In this document: one piece after another, positions 40,776 through 50,369 of the stretch | Layout of the letters: each line of letters opens with the position of its first letter | How positions within the stretch are numbered: position 1 is the first letter of the stretch | NCBI GenBank assembly: GCA_963932905.1 | Contig: CAWVRN010000002.1 | Span: 280,779 to 344,778 of the forward strand | Length of the DNA: 64,000 nt | Source of the DNA: an uncultured Bdellovibrio sp. | Lineage (GTDB): Bacteria; Bdellovibrionota; Bdellovibrionia; Bdellovibrionales; Bdellovibrionaceae | Direction of reading: 5' to 3' | The notes under the pieces: generated by a model | Databases searched by the model: none | The model's input: the letters and a program-made list of their open reading frames with translations, nothing else | What the model was told of the DNA's origin: nothing | Translations under genes and position numbers: made by a program

Positions 40776-42874
40776 AGCAACCCATAATTCTTCGCGTATT
40801 CAAATCTAATCAGCTAAAAGAGGTCAAGCAATTTGACATAGATCAGATTGTTGTGGGAAGTAATCAGGATTCTCAATTAAATTTAGTTGATGATGCTGTT
40901 TCGCCAATTCACTGTTTAATTGAAAAGCGTGATTCCGGTTATTATATTTGTGACCTTGGTTCTAAAAGCGGAACATTCAAAAATGGACAAGCGATATTAG
41001 ATGAACCGGTTGCATCAGGCGATGAATTAATCATCGGTCCATTTAAAATCGTATTTTCAGTTGGTGTACCCAAACCTGTAGGTCAGCCAAAAGATATTGA
41101 TAAAACTGTTACCATTCCCATTGGTAGCACCGAAAAAATCAACGCTATCCGTGATGACAAGACTCAAGCCGTAGAAAAAGTTCTTGATGACGATAAAACT
41201 CACAGCGAACAAAAGGCGCCGGTAGAAAAAATTCCGCCACGTCCCGCTTCGGTTTCTCAGGTTAAGAAGCCAGAAATTGCATCGCAAGATTTTCAACGTC
41301 CGGCATCTAAAAAGAAGAAATATTCATTTGCTCCCGCAGGTGAGATCAAAGATTTAAAATCCTACTTGTCGCCAACTCGCGGTAGTTTAGTTGAAGTTAA
41401 TTTAGCTTGGAACGAGCGAATCATTCAAACTTATCACTATCGCAATAAAGGCGTGTTTAGAACGAGCATGTCGCAAGATAAAGGTATCTTTTTACCAGCA
41501 CCTTCAATTCCTGCGAATTGGCCACTGGTTGATATTGGTGCCCAATTAAAAGTTTTGGTTCCAACAGGTTCTGAAATTGAAATCATCAATACAAAAGCGT
41601 CGATGAAAGAAGAGGCACTTGTTGCCTCAGGTAAAGCCATCCGTATGGCGCAGGGAACTCAAGTTCGTGTTGATCAAAGTGAATTGTTGAGTGTTAGACT
41701 GCCTGATAAAAATTTAAGTCTGTATGTGCGATTTGTTGAATCGACTCCAGTGGTACCATTTGCACCACTGCTGTTGTCGAGTTCAGAATTGGGCAGCTTG
41801 CTTATTTCCGTTATTATTTCAGGGATGTTGGCATTTTACGTGGCAACAATGACTTCAAAATTCCAACCCCAGCAAGAAGAGAAATCAACGTATACAGCCC
41901 AAGTTATATTTAATGAAAACAAACAGAAGGAAGAAAAAATTCCTCCTCCGACTCCGAAACCACCGCCTCCGCAAGAAAAACCAAATCCACCGCCGCCACC
42001 AGAGCCTCCAAAAAAGGTGAAAATGGCTGACGAGAAAAAAGAAGCGACGAAAAAAGGCGATTTAACTACGGCGAACAAAGCACAAAGTGCGCAGACGGCA
42101 AGAAAAGCGGTCGAAGTTGCGCCGAAGCCAGATGCTCAAAATCGCCCTAAGAAATTTACATCGGTTAAGCAAGGTGGCGCTGTTAAGATTGGTCAGGCTG
42201 CTGGCGCAAATGCACAGAGTGCGCAACCTAAAGACGTAAATAAAATGGGTCTATTCAGTACATTCGGAACTGGTGGTGTGCGATCTAAATTGGATCAAGC
42301 GTACCAAGGAGCCGGAGATATTTTAGGTAATGCCGATAAAGCGACCGGTTCTACGGGTATGGCAGAAAATCGTGAGGGCGATGATTTAGGTTCAAAATTC
42401 AAAGATACAGGCGCTGGCGGAAAAGGGACCGCGACAGAAGGTATCGCGGGAATTGGAACTAAAGGTCGCGCGGGTGGAACAAGTGCTTACGGTAGTACGG
42501 AAGGTTTCGGCGATAAAACATCAGTGGCGATTCAAGCGGGTGGTTCTGAAGAAGCCTTCGAAGGATCCATCGATAAAGAGGCCGTTCGTCGTCGTATCAA
42601 GCACAACTTGAATTTAATCAGAGGCTGTTACAATCAAGAATTAAATCGACTGGATAAATCAGGTCGGCGAGTTCTGGAAGGTAAAGTCGTTCTGAAGTGG
42701 GATATCGTAGATAAAGGTGTGGCTAAAAACGTACGCGTTTCAAACACAACATTAAACAACAGTGCGATTGAAAGATGTATAGCGGAGCGTCTGGCAACAA
42801 TTGTGTTCCCTGATCCGCCGGATGGTACAACGGCAGAAGTGTCGTACCCATTCATATTTAAAAATGAGCAATAA
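40772..42874 (+). CDS. GltG/PglI-like protein: FHA, TM, Pro/Gly-rich linker and TonB-C-like (AgmX/PglI) domain (cluster 1)
   Basis: FHA-like N-terminus (VSPIHC..DLGS.SGT), one TM, poly-Pro, Gly-rich region, IRGCY...EGKV.LKW.I...G...CI......FP.P......V.YPF.F. Confidence 0.82.
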   Translation: MKQPIILRVFKSNQLKEVKQFDIDQIVVGSNQDSQLNLVDDAVSPIHCLIEKRDSGYYICDLGSKSGTFKNGQAILDEPVASGDELIIGPFKIVFSVGVPKPVGQPKDIDKTVTIPIGSTEKINAIRDDKTQAVEKVLDDDKTHSEQKAPVEKIPPRPASVSQVKKPEIASQDFQRPASKKKKYSFAPAGEIKDLKSYLSPTRGSLVEVNLAWNERIIQTYHYRNKGVFRTSMSQDKGIFLPAPSIPANWPLVDIGAQLKVLVPTGSEIEIINTKASMKEEALVASGKAIRMAQGTQVRVDQSELLSVRLPDKNLSLYVRFVESTPVVPFAPLLLSSSELGSLLISVIISGMLAFYVATMTSKFQPQQEEKSTYTAQVIFNENKQKEEKIPPPTPKPPPPQEKPNPPPPPEPPKKVKMADEKKEATKKGDLTTANKAQSAQTARKAVEVAPKPDAQNRPKKFTSVKQGGAVKIGQAAGANAQSAQPKDVNKMGLFSTFGTGGVRSKLDQAYQGAGDILGNADKATGSTGMAENREGDDLGSKFKDTGAGGKGTATEGIAGIGTKGRAGGTSAYGSTEGFGDKTSVAIQAGGSEEAFEGSIDKEAVRRRIKHNLNLIRGCYNQELNRLDKSGRRVLEGKVVLKWDIVDKGVAKNVRVSNTTLNNSAIERCIAERLATIVFPDPPDGTTAEVSYPFIFKNEQ

Positions 42875-42901
42875 GATTTAATAATTTTTTAGGAGGATAC
42901 C

Positions 42902-43567
42902 TTGAACCCGATACAACAATGTGACCCAAGTAACTTTATTGCCCGTGCTTTCTGTGAGGGCGGATGGGTAATGTACGTAATCGCCGTATTTGCGATTTTA
43001 ACTGTGTTCTTAGTAGTAGAGCGTATGATGAAACTCAACACACTACTTGTGAACAAAAAAGATTTTTCAGATATCATTTACAGAATGGTAATCAGTGGTG
43101 ATATTCGCCAAGCAATTGCTTATTGCGATCAACGCCCATCTCCTATCACGAACACGGTAAAAGCGGGTTTAGTGCAAGCATTGAATAAACGCCCCGATGA
43201 GGAAGTTCAAGTAGCGATGGATGCCGCCGTATTAAGGGAAATGCCAAAGATTGAAGGTTGGACAGCGTTCCTGGCCGTGTTTGGTAACGTAGCCGTACTT
43301 GCGGGTCTACTGGGAACCATCATTGGTATGATCGGTTCGTTCCGTGCGGTTTCTGAAGCGGACAATGCAACGAAAGCTCAGTTACTTTCACAAGGTATTT
43401 CGCATGCCTTAAATTGTACGGCATTCGGTCTATTAGTTGCGATCGTAGCCATTGTTTCATACGGTATCTTCCAACATCAAATTCAAAAAACTGAAAATGA
43501 AGTTGTTGAAACAAGCATGTCTCTTTTGAACTTAGTGGTAGCTAACAGAGATAAAATAAAGGACTAA
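42902..43567 (+). CDS. MotA/TolQ/ExbB proton-channel subunit, AglR-like (cluster 1)
   Basis: Three TMs, GLLGTIIGMI and GIS.AL..TAFGL motifs; AGGAGG SD before TTG. Confidence 0.88.
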   Translation: MNPIQQCDPSNFIARAFCEGGWVMYVIAVFAILTVFLVVERMMKLNTLLVNKKDFSDIIYRMVISGDIRQAIAYCDQRPSPITNTVKAGLVQALNKRPDEEVQVAMDAAVLREMPKIEGWTAFLAVFGNVAVLAGLLGTIIGMIGSFRAVSEADNATKAQLLSQGISHALNCTAFGLLVAIVAIVSYGIFQHQIQKTENEVVETSMSLLNLVVANRDKIKD

Positions 43568-43572
43568 TTTAA

Positions 43573-44049
43573 ATGGCTCAAATTGATGGTGGCTCGGGAG
43601 GCAAACGAGCGGTCAGTGTAGAATTGAATCTAGTACCGTTCATCGACTTGATGAGCGTTCTGATTACATTTTTATTGATCACGGCTGTTTGGACACAAGT
43701 TTCGATGATTCAGATCGGTAGTTCACTCTACGCCAAGAAAGATGATTCGAACCAACCGCCTCAATTAACACCCAATGCTGATGTGGCTTTGAAGGTGGAT
43801 GTTAAATTAGACGGCTATGTTTTGACGGTAGGAACTCAAATTATCTCATTACCGAAAGTAAATGCTGCGTATGACTTTCCGGGTTTAGTCGCGCAACTTC
43901 AGCGCGTAAAGCAATTATATCCTGAAAAATTAGACGGGATCGTAAGTATGTCAGACGATGTTCCTTATGAAAATTTGATTAATACAATGGATCAATTCTT
44001 AGTTGCCGGATTTCCAAATATTTCTATTGCCACTGGAGGGCCGAACTAA
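43573..44049 (+). CDS. ExbD/TolR-family motor subunit, AglQ-like (cluster 1)
   Basis: ELNLVPFIDLMSVLITFLL TM with the conserved Asp; Y..LI..MD. Confidence 0.85.
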   Translation: MAQIDGGSGGKRAVSVELNLVPFIDLMSVLITFLLITAVWTQVSMIQIGSSLYAKKDDSNQPPQLTPNADVALKVDVKLDGYVLTVGTQIISLPKVNAAYDFPGLVAQLQRVKQLYPEKLDGIVSMSDDVPYENLINTMDQFLVAGFPNISIATGGPN

Positions 44050-44639
44050 TGCCAATTCGTAAGCCAGGTGAACGTTTTCGTTATCACCGCATTCTAAGCC
44101 GCAGAAAAGGCAAACGATCAGTAACTGCGTTGCTGTCATTGACGGCAATGGTAGATATGTTTACGGTTCTTGCGATTTTCCTTTTGCAAAATTATAATGT
44201 AAAAGATTTTATCGTTTATACTCCTAAAGAAGTTGTTCTTCCTAAAGCTCAATCAATTAAAGAGTTAAAACCAGCATTCGTAATTACAATTTCAAATAAA
44301 GAAATTCTTTTAGATAAAACAGCCGTAATTTCATTTGATGAGGTTAAAAAACAAACAGAATGGCTCATTCAGCCATTGTTTGATCAACTTCAGCAAGGAT
44401 TGCTAAAATCAAAGCAAGATTACGAAAGCAAACTTCAAAGCCAGCTTAAAAATGTTGTGGATAATGCGCGGGGCGAAAAAGAAGATGATCCATTCGCGTG
44501 GAAAAAAGTCACCATTCAATCAGATAAAGATATCGACTTCTTAACTGTTAAAAAGGTTATGTACACGCTGTCTGAAGCCGGAGCAGGCGAAATTAACTTC
44601 GCCGTGATCAAGAAGACCGAAAAAGAAATTGCCCAATAG
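44049..44639 (+). CDS. ExbD/TolR-family motor subunit, AglS-like (cluster 1)
   Basis: LTAMVDMFTVLAIFLL; IQSDK...F..VKKVMYT...AG...INFAV. Confidence 0.85.
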   Translation: MPIRKPGERFRYHRILSRRKGKRSVTALLSLTAMVDMFTVLAIFLLQNYNVKDFIVYTPKEVVLPKAQSIKELKPAFVITISNKEILLDKTAVISFDEVKKQTEWLIQPLFDQLQQGLLKSKQDYESKLQSQLKNVVDNARGEKEDDPFAWKKVTIQSDKDIDFLTVKKVMYTLSEAGAGEINFAVIKKTEKEIAQ

Positions 44640-44667
44640 TTAGTTCACCACTAGTATCCTGGCAGGC

Positions 44668-45624
44668 ATGAAGAACACCAAGAAAATTCTTTTTTCACTT
44701 TTGCTTATCTTCATTTTGGTTGAAGTCATTTTCGTATTCCCACAGCAAATCGAAAAGCTGGATCGCGAATCAATGGAAGCATCTGGCGATCAAAAAAAGG
44801 AACGAGTCGAACAAAAAATGAAAGGCGTCCACTTGGTGGAATCGCAAAAGGGCGCGCGCGATTTTGAATTGCATGCCGAGAAAGCCCGTGGTTATCAGCA
44901 AGAGGGCGACTACTTCTTAGATAAAGTAAAAGTACAATTCTACAACTTGGAAGCTAATGATTTCACGGTTACGGGAAATGAAGGCGAAGTCGATGGAAAA
45001 ACTAAAAATATTAAAATTAAGGGCAACGTAGTTACCAAGTCTGCTAATGGTTACACGTTCTATACCGACGAAATTTTTTATAACTTTGCATTACGTAAAA
45101 TTATTTCGCCGGGAAAAATTAAAATGATTGGTCCATCCGACGACCAGGGCGAAGGTTTGAAATTAGATGGTTACAACATGCATATTCTTGTTGATATCAA
45201 TGAAATGAAGATTTTCAAAGATATCACCGCTTTTAAGCCGATGAGCTCAAGTCAAAACCTAAAAATAACAAGTGAGATGGCGACATTCAGCGGTAAAAGC
45301 AGCGAGGCTCATTTTGAAAATAATGTCGTTTTAAATTACGGCAGTATGTTAATTAAGGGACCAGATTGTTATTTTATTTATTCCGGAAATATGAAAAATT
45401 TAGATCGCATTACCGTTAAAGGCGGAGTTGAGCTGACTGATAAGAAGCGCCGTGCAACGAGCCAAGATCTGGTGGTTGACGTGATGAAAGCGACGCTACG
45501 GTTCACGGGCAATCCTAAAATTTATCAGGATCAGGACGAGATCGCAGGTGAGGAAATTCTTCTTCTAGAGAATGGAAAACGTTTGAAAATTCAAAAAGTG
45601 AAGGCCTCGGCGACCCAGAAATAA
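44668..45624 (+). CDS. lptC: LPS export periplasmic protein LptC, extended with an LptA-like beta-jellyroll
   Basis: N-terminal TM anchor, repeated G.V/GN jellyroll motifs over 318 aa; directly precedes lptB. Confidence 0.75.
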   Translation: MKNTKKILFSLLLIFILVEVIFVFPQQIEKLDRESMEASGDQKKERVEQKMKGVHLVESQKGARDFELHAEKARGYQQEGDYFLDKVKVQFYNLEANDFTVTGNEGEVDGKTKNIKIKGNVVTKSANGYTFYTDEIFYNFALRKIISPGKIKMIGPSDDQGEGLKLDGYNMHILVDINEMKIFKDITAFKPMSSSQNLKITSEMATFSGKSSEAHFENNVVLNYGSMLIKGPDCYFIYSGNMKNLDRITVKGGVELTDKKRRATSQDLVVDVMKATLRFTGNPKIYQDQDEIAGEEILLLENGKRLKIQKVKASATQK

Positions 45625-45712
45625 CCTCGCTATTTGTCCCTATTTCGCCCCGTTTTCAAAGAACGTGGGCAAAATTTGACTTATCCCGTGTTTCGATAAT
45701 AAAATTAAACGT

Positions 45713-46435
45713 ATGAGCGTTTTAAAGATTGAAGGACTTGCTAAAACCTATAAGAAAAGAAAGGTCGTTGATGACGTATCTTTTTCTATTTCGTCGGGGC
45801 AAGTTGTTGGATTGCTGGGGCCGAATGGTGCCGGTAAAACCACTTCATTCTACATGGTCGTTGGTATCGTAGCACCGGACAAAGGCAATATTACATTGGA
45901 TGATTTAGCCATTACCAAAGATCCCATGTATAAACGCGCTCGAGTCGGACTAAGTTATTTGGCCCAGGAACCAAGTATTTTTAGAAAACTATCTGTTGAA
46001 GAAAATATTTTGGTGGCTCTGGAAGCCCATGGCTTAGATTCGGTGAAACGCCAAGAAAAACTAGAGAGCTTGTTGAATGAATTTCGTATTCAACATATTC
46101 GATCTAGTTTTGGGTTTTCTTTATCGGGTGGTGAACGACGTCGTGTGGAAATTGCACGTGCCCTGGCTGGAAGTCCTAAATTTATATTATTGGATGAGCC
46201 CTTTGCGGGGATCGATCCTATCGCGGTAAATGATATTCAGAATATTATTAGGGATTTAAAATCTAAGGGAATCGGAGTCCTGATTACCGACCATAATGTG
46301 CGAGAAACCTTGGGGATTTGTGATTATGCCTATATACTCAAGGATGGAAGGATTCAAGTGAGCGGGTCTAGTGAGGAAATCACTAATAGTGAAATCGCTC
46401 GCAAATTCTATTTAGGCGAAAACTTTAAACTGTAG
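45713..46435 (+). CDS. lptB: LPS export ABC ATPase LptB
   Basis: [55 protein letters not shown]. Confidence 0.96.
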   Translation: MSVLKIEGLAKTYKKRKVVDDVSFSISSGQVVGLLGPNGAGKTTSFYMVVGIVAPDKGNITLDDLAITKDPMYKRARVGLSYLAQEPSIFRKLSVEENILVALEAHGLDSVKRQEKLESLLNEFRIQHIRSSFGFSLSGGERRRVEIARALAGSPKFILLDEPFAGIDPIAVNDIQNIIRDLKSKGIGVLITDHNVRETLGICDYAYILKDGRIQVSGSSEEITNSEIARKFYLGENFKL

Positions 46436-46446
46436 TTGGAGAAATA

Positions 46447-47880
46447 ATGGCTCTTAAGCAAACCATGAGTTTGGGGCAAAATCTAGTTATCACGCCGCAA
46501 TTGCAGCAGGCGATTAAGTTGCTTCAAATGTCACGTTTGGAATTAGAGTCTAACGTTCGTTCTGAATTGGAAGAAAATCCAATTCTAGAAGAATCTGAAA
46601 TTTTAAAAGACGACGATTTACAGCGCACTAAAGAAGTCGCCGAACGAATGGAATCTAGCGAATCAGAAGCTCCTGAAAGCGTCGGACAAGACCCTCAAAA
46701 ACAAGACGAATTCGAATGGGAAAGTTATTTCGAAGCCAACCAGAAGCCGCCACAGTCTGGAATGAGTGGCAGCGAAGAGATCATGAATTATGAGAATGTA
46801 ATTCGTGCTTATGAAACTCTACATGATTATTTATACTGGCAAGTTAAGATGGGCGGATTCGGCGAGCATGAAGAGCGTGCGGCTGATGCATTGATTAGCT
46901 ATGTTGATGATGATGGTTATATTAAAACTCCACTTGAACAAATCGCAGCAGAGGAAAATATACCAATTGAAGACCTTCAAGACACCCTGTCACTGATTCA
47001 TGAATTTGATCCTCCTGGTGTTGGCGCACGTGATTTAAAAGAGTGTATGTTAATCCAAGCTAAGCATTTGGAAGAGGATACAACTGATCTAGTTTTCATG
47101 ATTAACAATCATTTAAAAGATTTAGAGAAAAAAAACTTCGATGGTATCGCTAAAGCGTTAAATAAAGACGTTCGCGAAGTTATCGAAATGTGTAAAATCA
47201 TTTATTCGATGGAACCTAAACCAGGACGTGCCTACGCTCCTCAGGATACTCATTACGTGACTCCGGATGTATATGTCTACAAAGTGGGTGAAGACTATTC
47301 AGTATCGTTGAATGAAGATGGTCTGCCACGGTTAAAGATATCAAATTTTTATAAAAATCTTTTAAAAGACGGTTCGAATAAAAAAGATAACGAATACATT
47401 CAAGAAAAATTGAAATCGGCGATTTGGTTGATTAAATCCATCCACCAAAGACAAAGAACAATCTATAAAGTTTCTGAAAGTATAGTTAAGCATCAGCGTG
47501 ATTTCTTTGATAAAGGCGCTGGTCATTTGAAACCAATGATTTTAAGAGATATTGCTAATGATATCGGAATGCATGAATCGACGGTCAGTCGTGTGACTAC
47601 GGCTAAATACATGCACACTCCGCAAGGTATTTATGAATTAAAATATTTTTTCAATTCTGGTATTTCAAGCACGACTGGCGGCGAAGCACTGGCTAGTGAA
47701 TCTGTGAAGTTAAAAATCAAAGATCTTGTTGGCAAAGAAAATCCGAAAAATCCTTTGTCGGATCAAAAGATTGCTCAGATGCTTGAAAAAGATGGAATTC
47801 AAATCGCGCGAAGAACCGTGGCAAAATACAGAGAAATTTTAAAAATTCTTCCTTCAAGCCAGAGGAAGAAAGTTTATTAG
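46447..47880 (+). CDS. rpoN: RNA polymerase sigma-54 factor
   Basis: TPQLQQAIKLLQ, HESTVSR, RpoN box ARRTVAKYRE. Confidence 0.97.
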   Translation: MALKQTMSLGQNLVITPQLQQAIKLLQMSRLELESNVRSELEENPILEESEILKDDDLQRTKEVAERMESSESEAPESVGQDPQKQDEFEWESYFEANQKPPQSGMSGSEEIMNYENVIRAYETLHDYLYWQVKMGGFGEHEERAADALISYVDDDGYIKTPLEQIAAEENIPIEDLQDTLSLIHEFDPPGVGARDLKECMLIQAKHLEEDTTDLVFMINNHLKDLEKKNFDGIAKALNKDVREVIEMCKIIYSMEPKPGRAYAPQDTHYVTPDVYVYKVGEDYSVSLNEDGLPRLKISNFYKNLLKDGSNKKDNEYIQEKLKSAIWLIKSIHQRQRTIYKVSESIVKHQRDFFDKGAGHLKPMILRDIANDIGMHESTVSRVTTAKYMHTPQGIYELKYFFNSGISSTTGGEALASESVKLKIKDLVGKENPKNPLSDQKIAQMLEKDGIQIARRTVAKYREILKILPSSQRKKVY

Positions 47881-48003
47881 TTAATTGCTCTAAAGATATC
47901 GTTACGAATAGTGCGCAAAATGAATTTCAATACCCGGCATCAGTCCAGTGTAAGTAATTAAAACCTAAAAAAAAGTTCAAAATTCAGTCAAACTTAAGAA
48001 ATC

Positions 48004-48714
48004 ATGAGAACCATAAAAATTGTTTTTCTATCTTTAGTTTTGTCTGTCTGCTTATTTGCGCAAACTCAAGCGCCGGCAACAGAAAATAAAAAACGAGTTT
48101 CGCTCGACCGCTCATTAGAGCCCTCGGTTTCTGAGGAGATTAGTTCTCTATTTGAAAATGTCGTAGCTGTACAACGTAAGGCGAAAGTTAAGTCGGGCAA
48201 GTTTATATTTGCTCCGTATTTATCATTCGACTTCTCCGATTCACCGCAGACGATGTACGCAGCAAATTTGAATCTGGGGTATGCCGCTGGCGAGTTTTGG
48301 GAAATATACTTTAATTACGTTCCTGCGTACGTTAACAATGAGCGAAGTATTTCTAAGAAAGTAAGACAGCTGCCGGCCTATCCAGACGGTACAGTTCCCT
48401 TCTTGTATGTGGAGAAGGCAAAGAATTCTTATGGCATCGAAGTTAACTGGGTCCCAGTATACGGTAAAGATTCTTGGGGACCATACGGTATCGTTCGTTC
48501 TGATACATTCTTAAATATTGGTTTTAGTCGAATTAACTATGAAGTGCACAACGCATATAAAACAAAATTAGCTTTAGGAAAAACGTTTTTCATTTCTGAT
48601 TACTGGAACTTAAGACTGCAAGCGGGTGGTTCTTTCATGGAAACGTTTAATCAGGACAAAAAAGAAATCATTGTGATCGGGTTATTAGAGGGCGGATTCG
48701 TTTACTATTTTTAA
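48004..48714 (+). CDS. Outer-membrane beta-barrel, GltA/GltB-like (cluster 2)
   Basis: VAVQRK...K.GK, W.PVYGK, D.FL..G, C-terminal YYF; motifs parallel ORF 34130. Confidence 0.7.
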   Translation: MRTIKIVFLSLVLSVCLFAQTQAPATENKKRVSLDRSLEPSVSEEISSLFENVVAVQRKAKVKSGKFIFAPYLSFDFSDSPQTMYAANLNLGYAAGEFWEIYFNYVPAYVNNERSISKKVRQLPAYPDGTVPFLYVEKAKNSYGIEVNWVPVYGKDSWGPYGIVRSDTFLNIGFSRINYEVHNAYKTKLALGKTFFISDYWNLRLQAGGSFMETFNQDKKEIIVIGLLEGGFVYYF

Positions 48715-48746
48715 TACTTAAATTTTTAATAAGAGGAGTTTTATAA

Positions 48747-49385
48747 ATGTTTATTTTCGATTCATTAGGAATTTTGTTTAAAGAAGGTGGCGCTACGGCC
48801 TTCTTTATCGTGGGCAGTGGTTTGGCTTTGATTATCTTAGCGATCACAAAAATCAACTACTTGTATTTCCGTTTACGTCCAGCTGGTGACAACAATCTGA
48901 AAGAAATCAGTAAACTAGTTTTGAAAAAGGAATACACAACGGCAATTCAAGTTTGTAATGGAGCTAGAAACGTTCCTGAGTTCGACGTGATCAAATCGGG
49001 TTTGATGGCGGTGGATGGTGGTCGTGAGGCGATGAAATCATCTCTAGGTTCAGCGGTCGTGGAAGTAATGAAGAACTGCGAGAAAGGTATTCAGTTTATC
49101 GCTCTGATTGCCAGTGTGGCTACGTTACTTGGTCTATTGGGTACAATCTCGGGTTTGATGAAAACGTTTGCCGCACTAAAAGATATCGATCCTGCAAAAA
49201 AAGCAGAATTGTTAGGTACTGGTATTTCGGAAGCGATGGTAGCGACTGCGGCCGGTCTGGTTGTCGGTATCTCGGCTATGGTGGTTCATACGCTGTGTAC
49301 ACAAAAGATCGACCAAATTGTTGGTCAATCTAAGAAAACAGGTTTCGATTTAGTTACGCTAGTAGAGCAAAGCGAAAGATCATGA
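48747..49385 (+). CDS. MotA/TolQ/ExbB proton-channel subunit, AglR-like (cluster 2)
   Basis: ATLLGLLGTISGLM and GISEAMVATAAGL motifs. Confidence 0.87.
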   Translation: MFIFDSLGILFKEGGATAFFIVGSGLALIILAITKINYLYFRLRPAGDNNLKEISKLVLKKEYTTAIQVCNGARNVPEFDVIKSGLMAVDGGREAMKSSLGSAVVEVMKNCEKGIQFIALIASVATLLGLLGTISGLMKTFAALKDIDPAKKAELLGTGISEAMVATAAGLVVGISAMVVHTLCTQKIDQIVGQSKKTGFDLVTLVEQSERS

Positions 49386-49906
49386 GTTTAGAATTTGCGG
49401 ATTTACATCGTAGACATACACCGGAGCCAGAACTGGTTCCGATATTGGATGCACTAACGTGTATCATCTTCTTTTTGATGTATACGACTACTTTTATGGA
49501 ATTGACTAGTTTGACGTTGCCTCCGTCTGCGGTGAGTGTCGTTTCAAAGAATGATCAAAGTAAAAGTGTCCCCGTTATTCCAAAACTATTTATAGATGTA
49601 GTAGATCAAGAGATCGTAGTGAAGCTAAAATGGTCTGGAAGCACTCCAGGCAGCACTGTCAAAAAGGTATCGCGGAACAAACCAGATCGTTATTCGCAAT
49701 CTTTACAAAAAACTGTAGAGGATGTCGTAGCTGATTTCGCCAAGAAGTTTCCTGAAGAAAAATCTTTGCAAGTAGCAGTCGCCGAACGCGGGACGTATCA
49801 AGAGTTAATTTCGGTTATGGATGGAGTTACGAAATCTGTTCCCGATGTCGTTTTGCTTTCTCCCGACGATGTGAAACATATGAACGAGGATGACAATGGA
49901 TCTTGA
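49382..49906 (+). CDS. ExbD/TolR-family subunit, AglQ-like (cluster 2)
   Basis: ELVPILDALTCIIFFLM; YQELISVMD. Confidence 0.8.
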   Translation: MSLEFADLHRRHTPEPELVPILDALTCIIFFLMYTTTFMELTSLTLPPSAVSVVSKNDQSKSVPVIPKLFIDVVDQEIVVKLKWSGSTPGSTVKKVSRNKPDRYSQSLQKTVEDVVADFAKKFPEEKSLQVAVAERGTYQELISVMDGVTKSVPDVVLLSPDDVKHMNEDDNGS

Positions 49907-50369
49907 TAGTTTAGAAAATACACGAAGATTTCCATTACAACTGCAACTAGCGCCGATGATCGATATCTTCGTATTGATTATCGTGTTCTTATTAAAATCG
50001 ACAATCGTAGCCGACGTTTCTATTGTTTTTCCAAGGGAAATGCATCCACCTATGTCTAAAAGTAAAGACAGCTTGGAAACATTTCCAGAAGTCGTTGTTA
50101 CCGAAACAGAACTTATAGTCGGTGTTATTCATGAAAATATAAATCTAGCTGACATAGAGAAGCTGGGTGAAGATCGCATGGTCGAGCTCAAAAATAAAGT
50201 TGAGCAATATGCTAAAACTAAGGATGAAAAAGTTCGTTCGCAAGCGACACATGTGAATTTAATTACATACCGTGGGAACAACTATAAAAATGTCTTTTCA
50301 TCTGTAAAATTCTTACGCAAAATTGGGTTTCAATCCGTTGCGTTTATAGCTGAAGGGGAAGGTCAATGA
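49890..50369 (+). CDS. ExbD/TolR-family subunit, AglS-like (cluster 2)
   Basis: LQLAPMIDIFVLIIVFLLKS; C-terminal GFQSVAF. Confidence 0.8.
   Translation: MTMDLDSLENTRRFPLQLQLAPMIDIFVLIIVFLLKSTIVADVSIVFPREMHPPMSKSKDSLETFPEVVVTETELIVGVIHENINLADIEKLGEDRMVELKNKVEQYAKTKDEKVRSQATHVNLITYRGNNYKNVFSSVKFLRKIGFQSVAFIAEGEGQ

Noticed and set aside
42902..50369. ExbBD/TolQR genes as ordinary TonB iron-uptake or Tol-Pal systems
   Set aside because: No TonB-dependent receptor, tolB or pal nearby; the one TolQ plus two TolR arrangement with TPR/GltF/GltG-like genes fits Agl-Glt.
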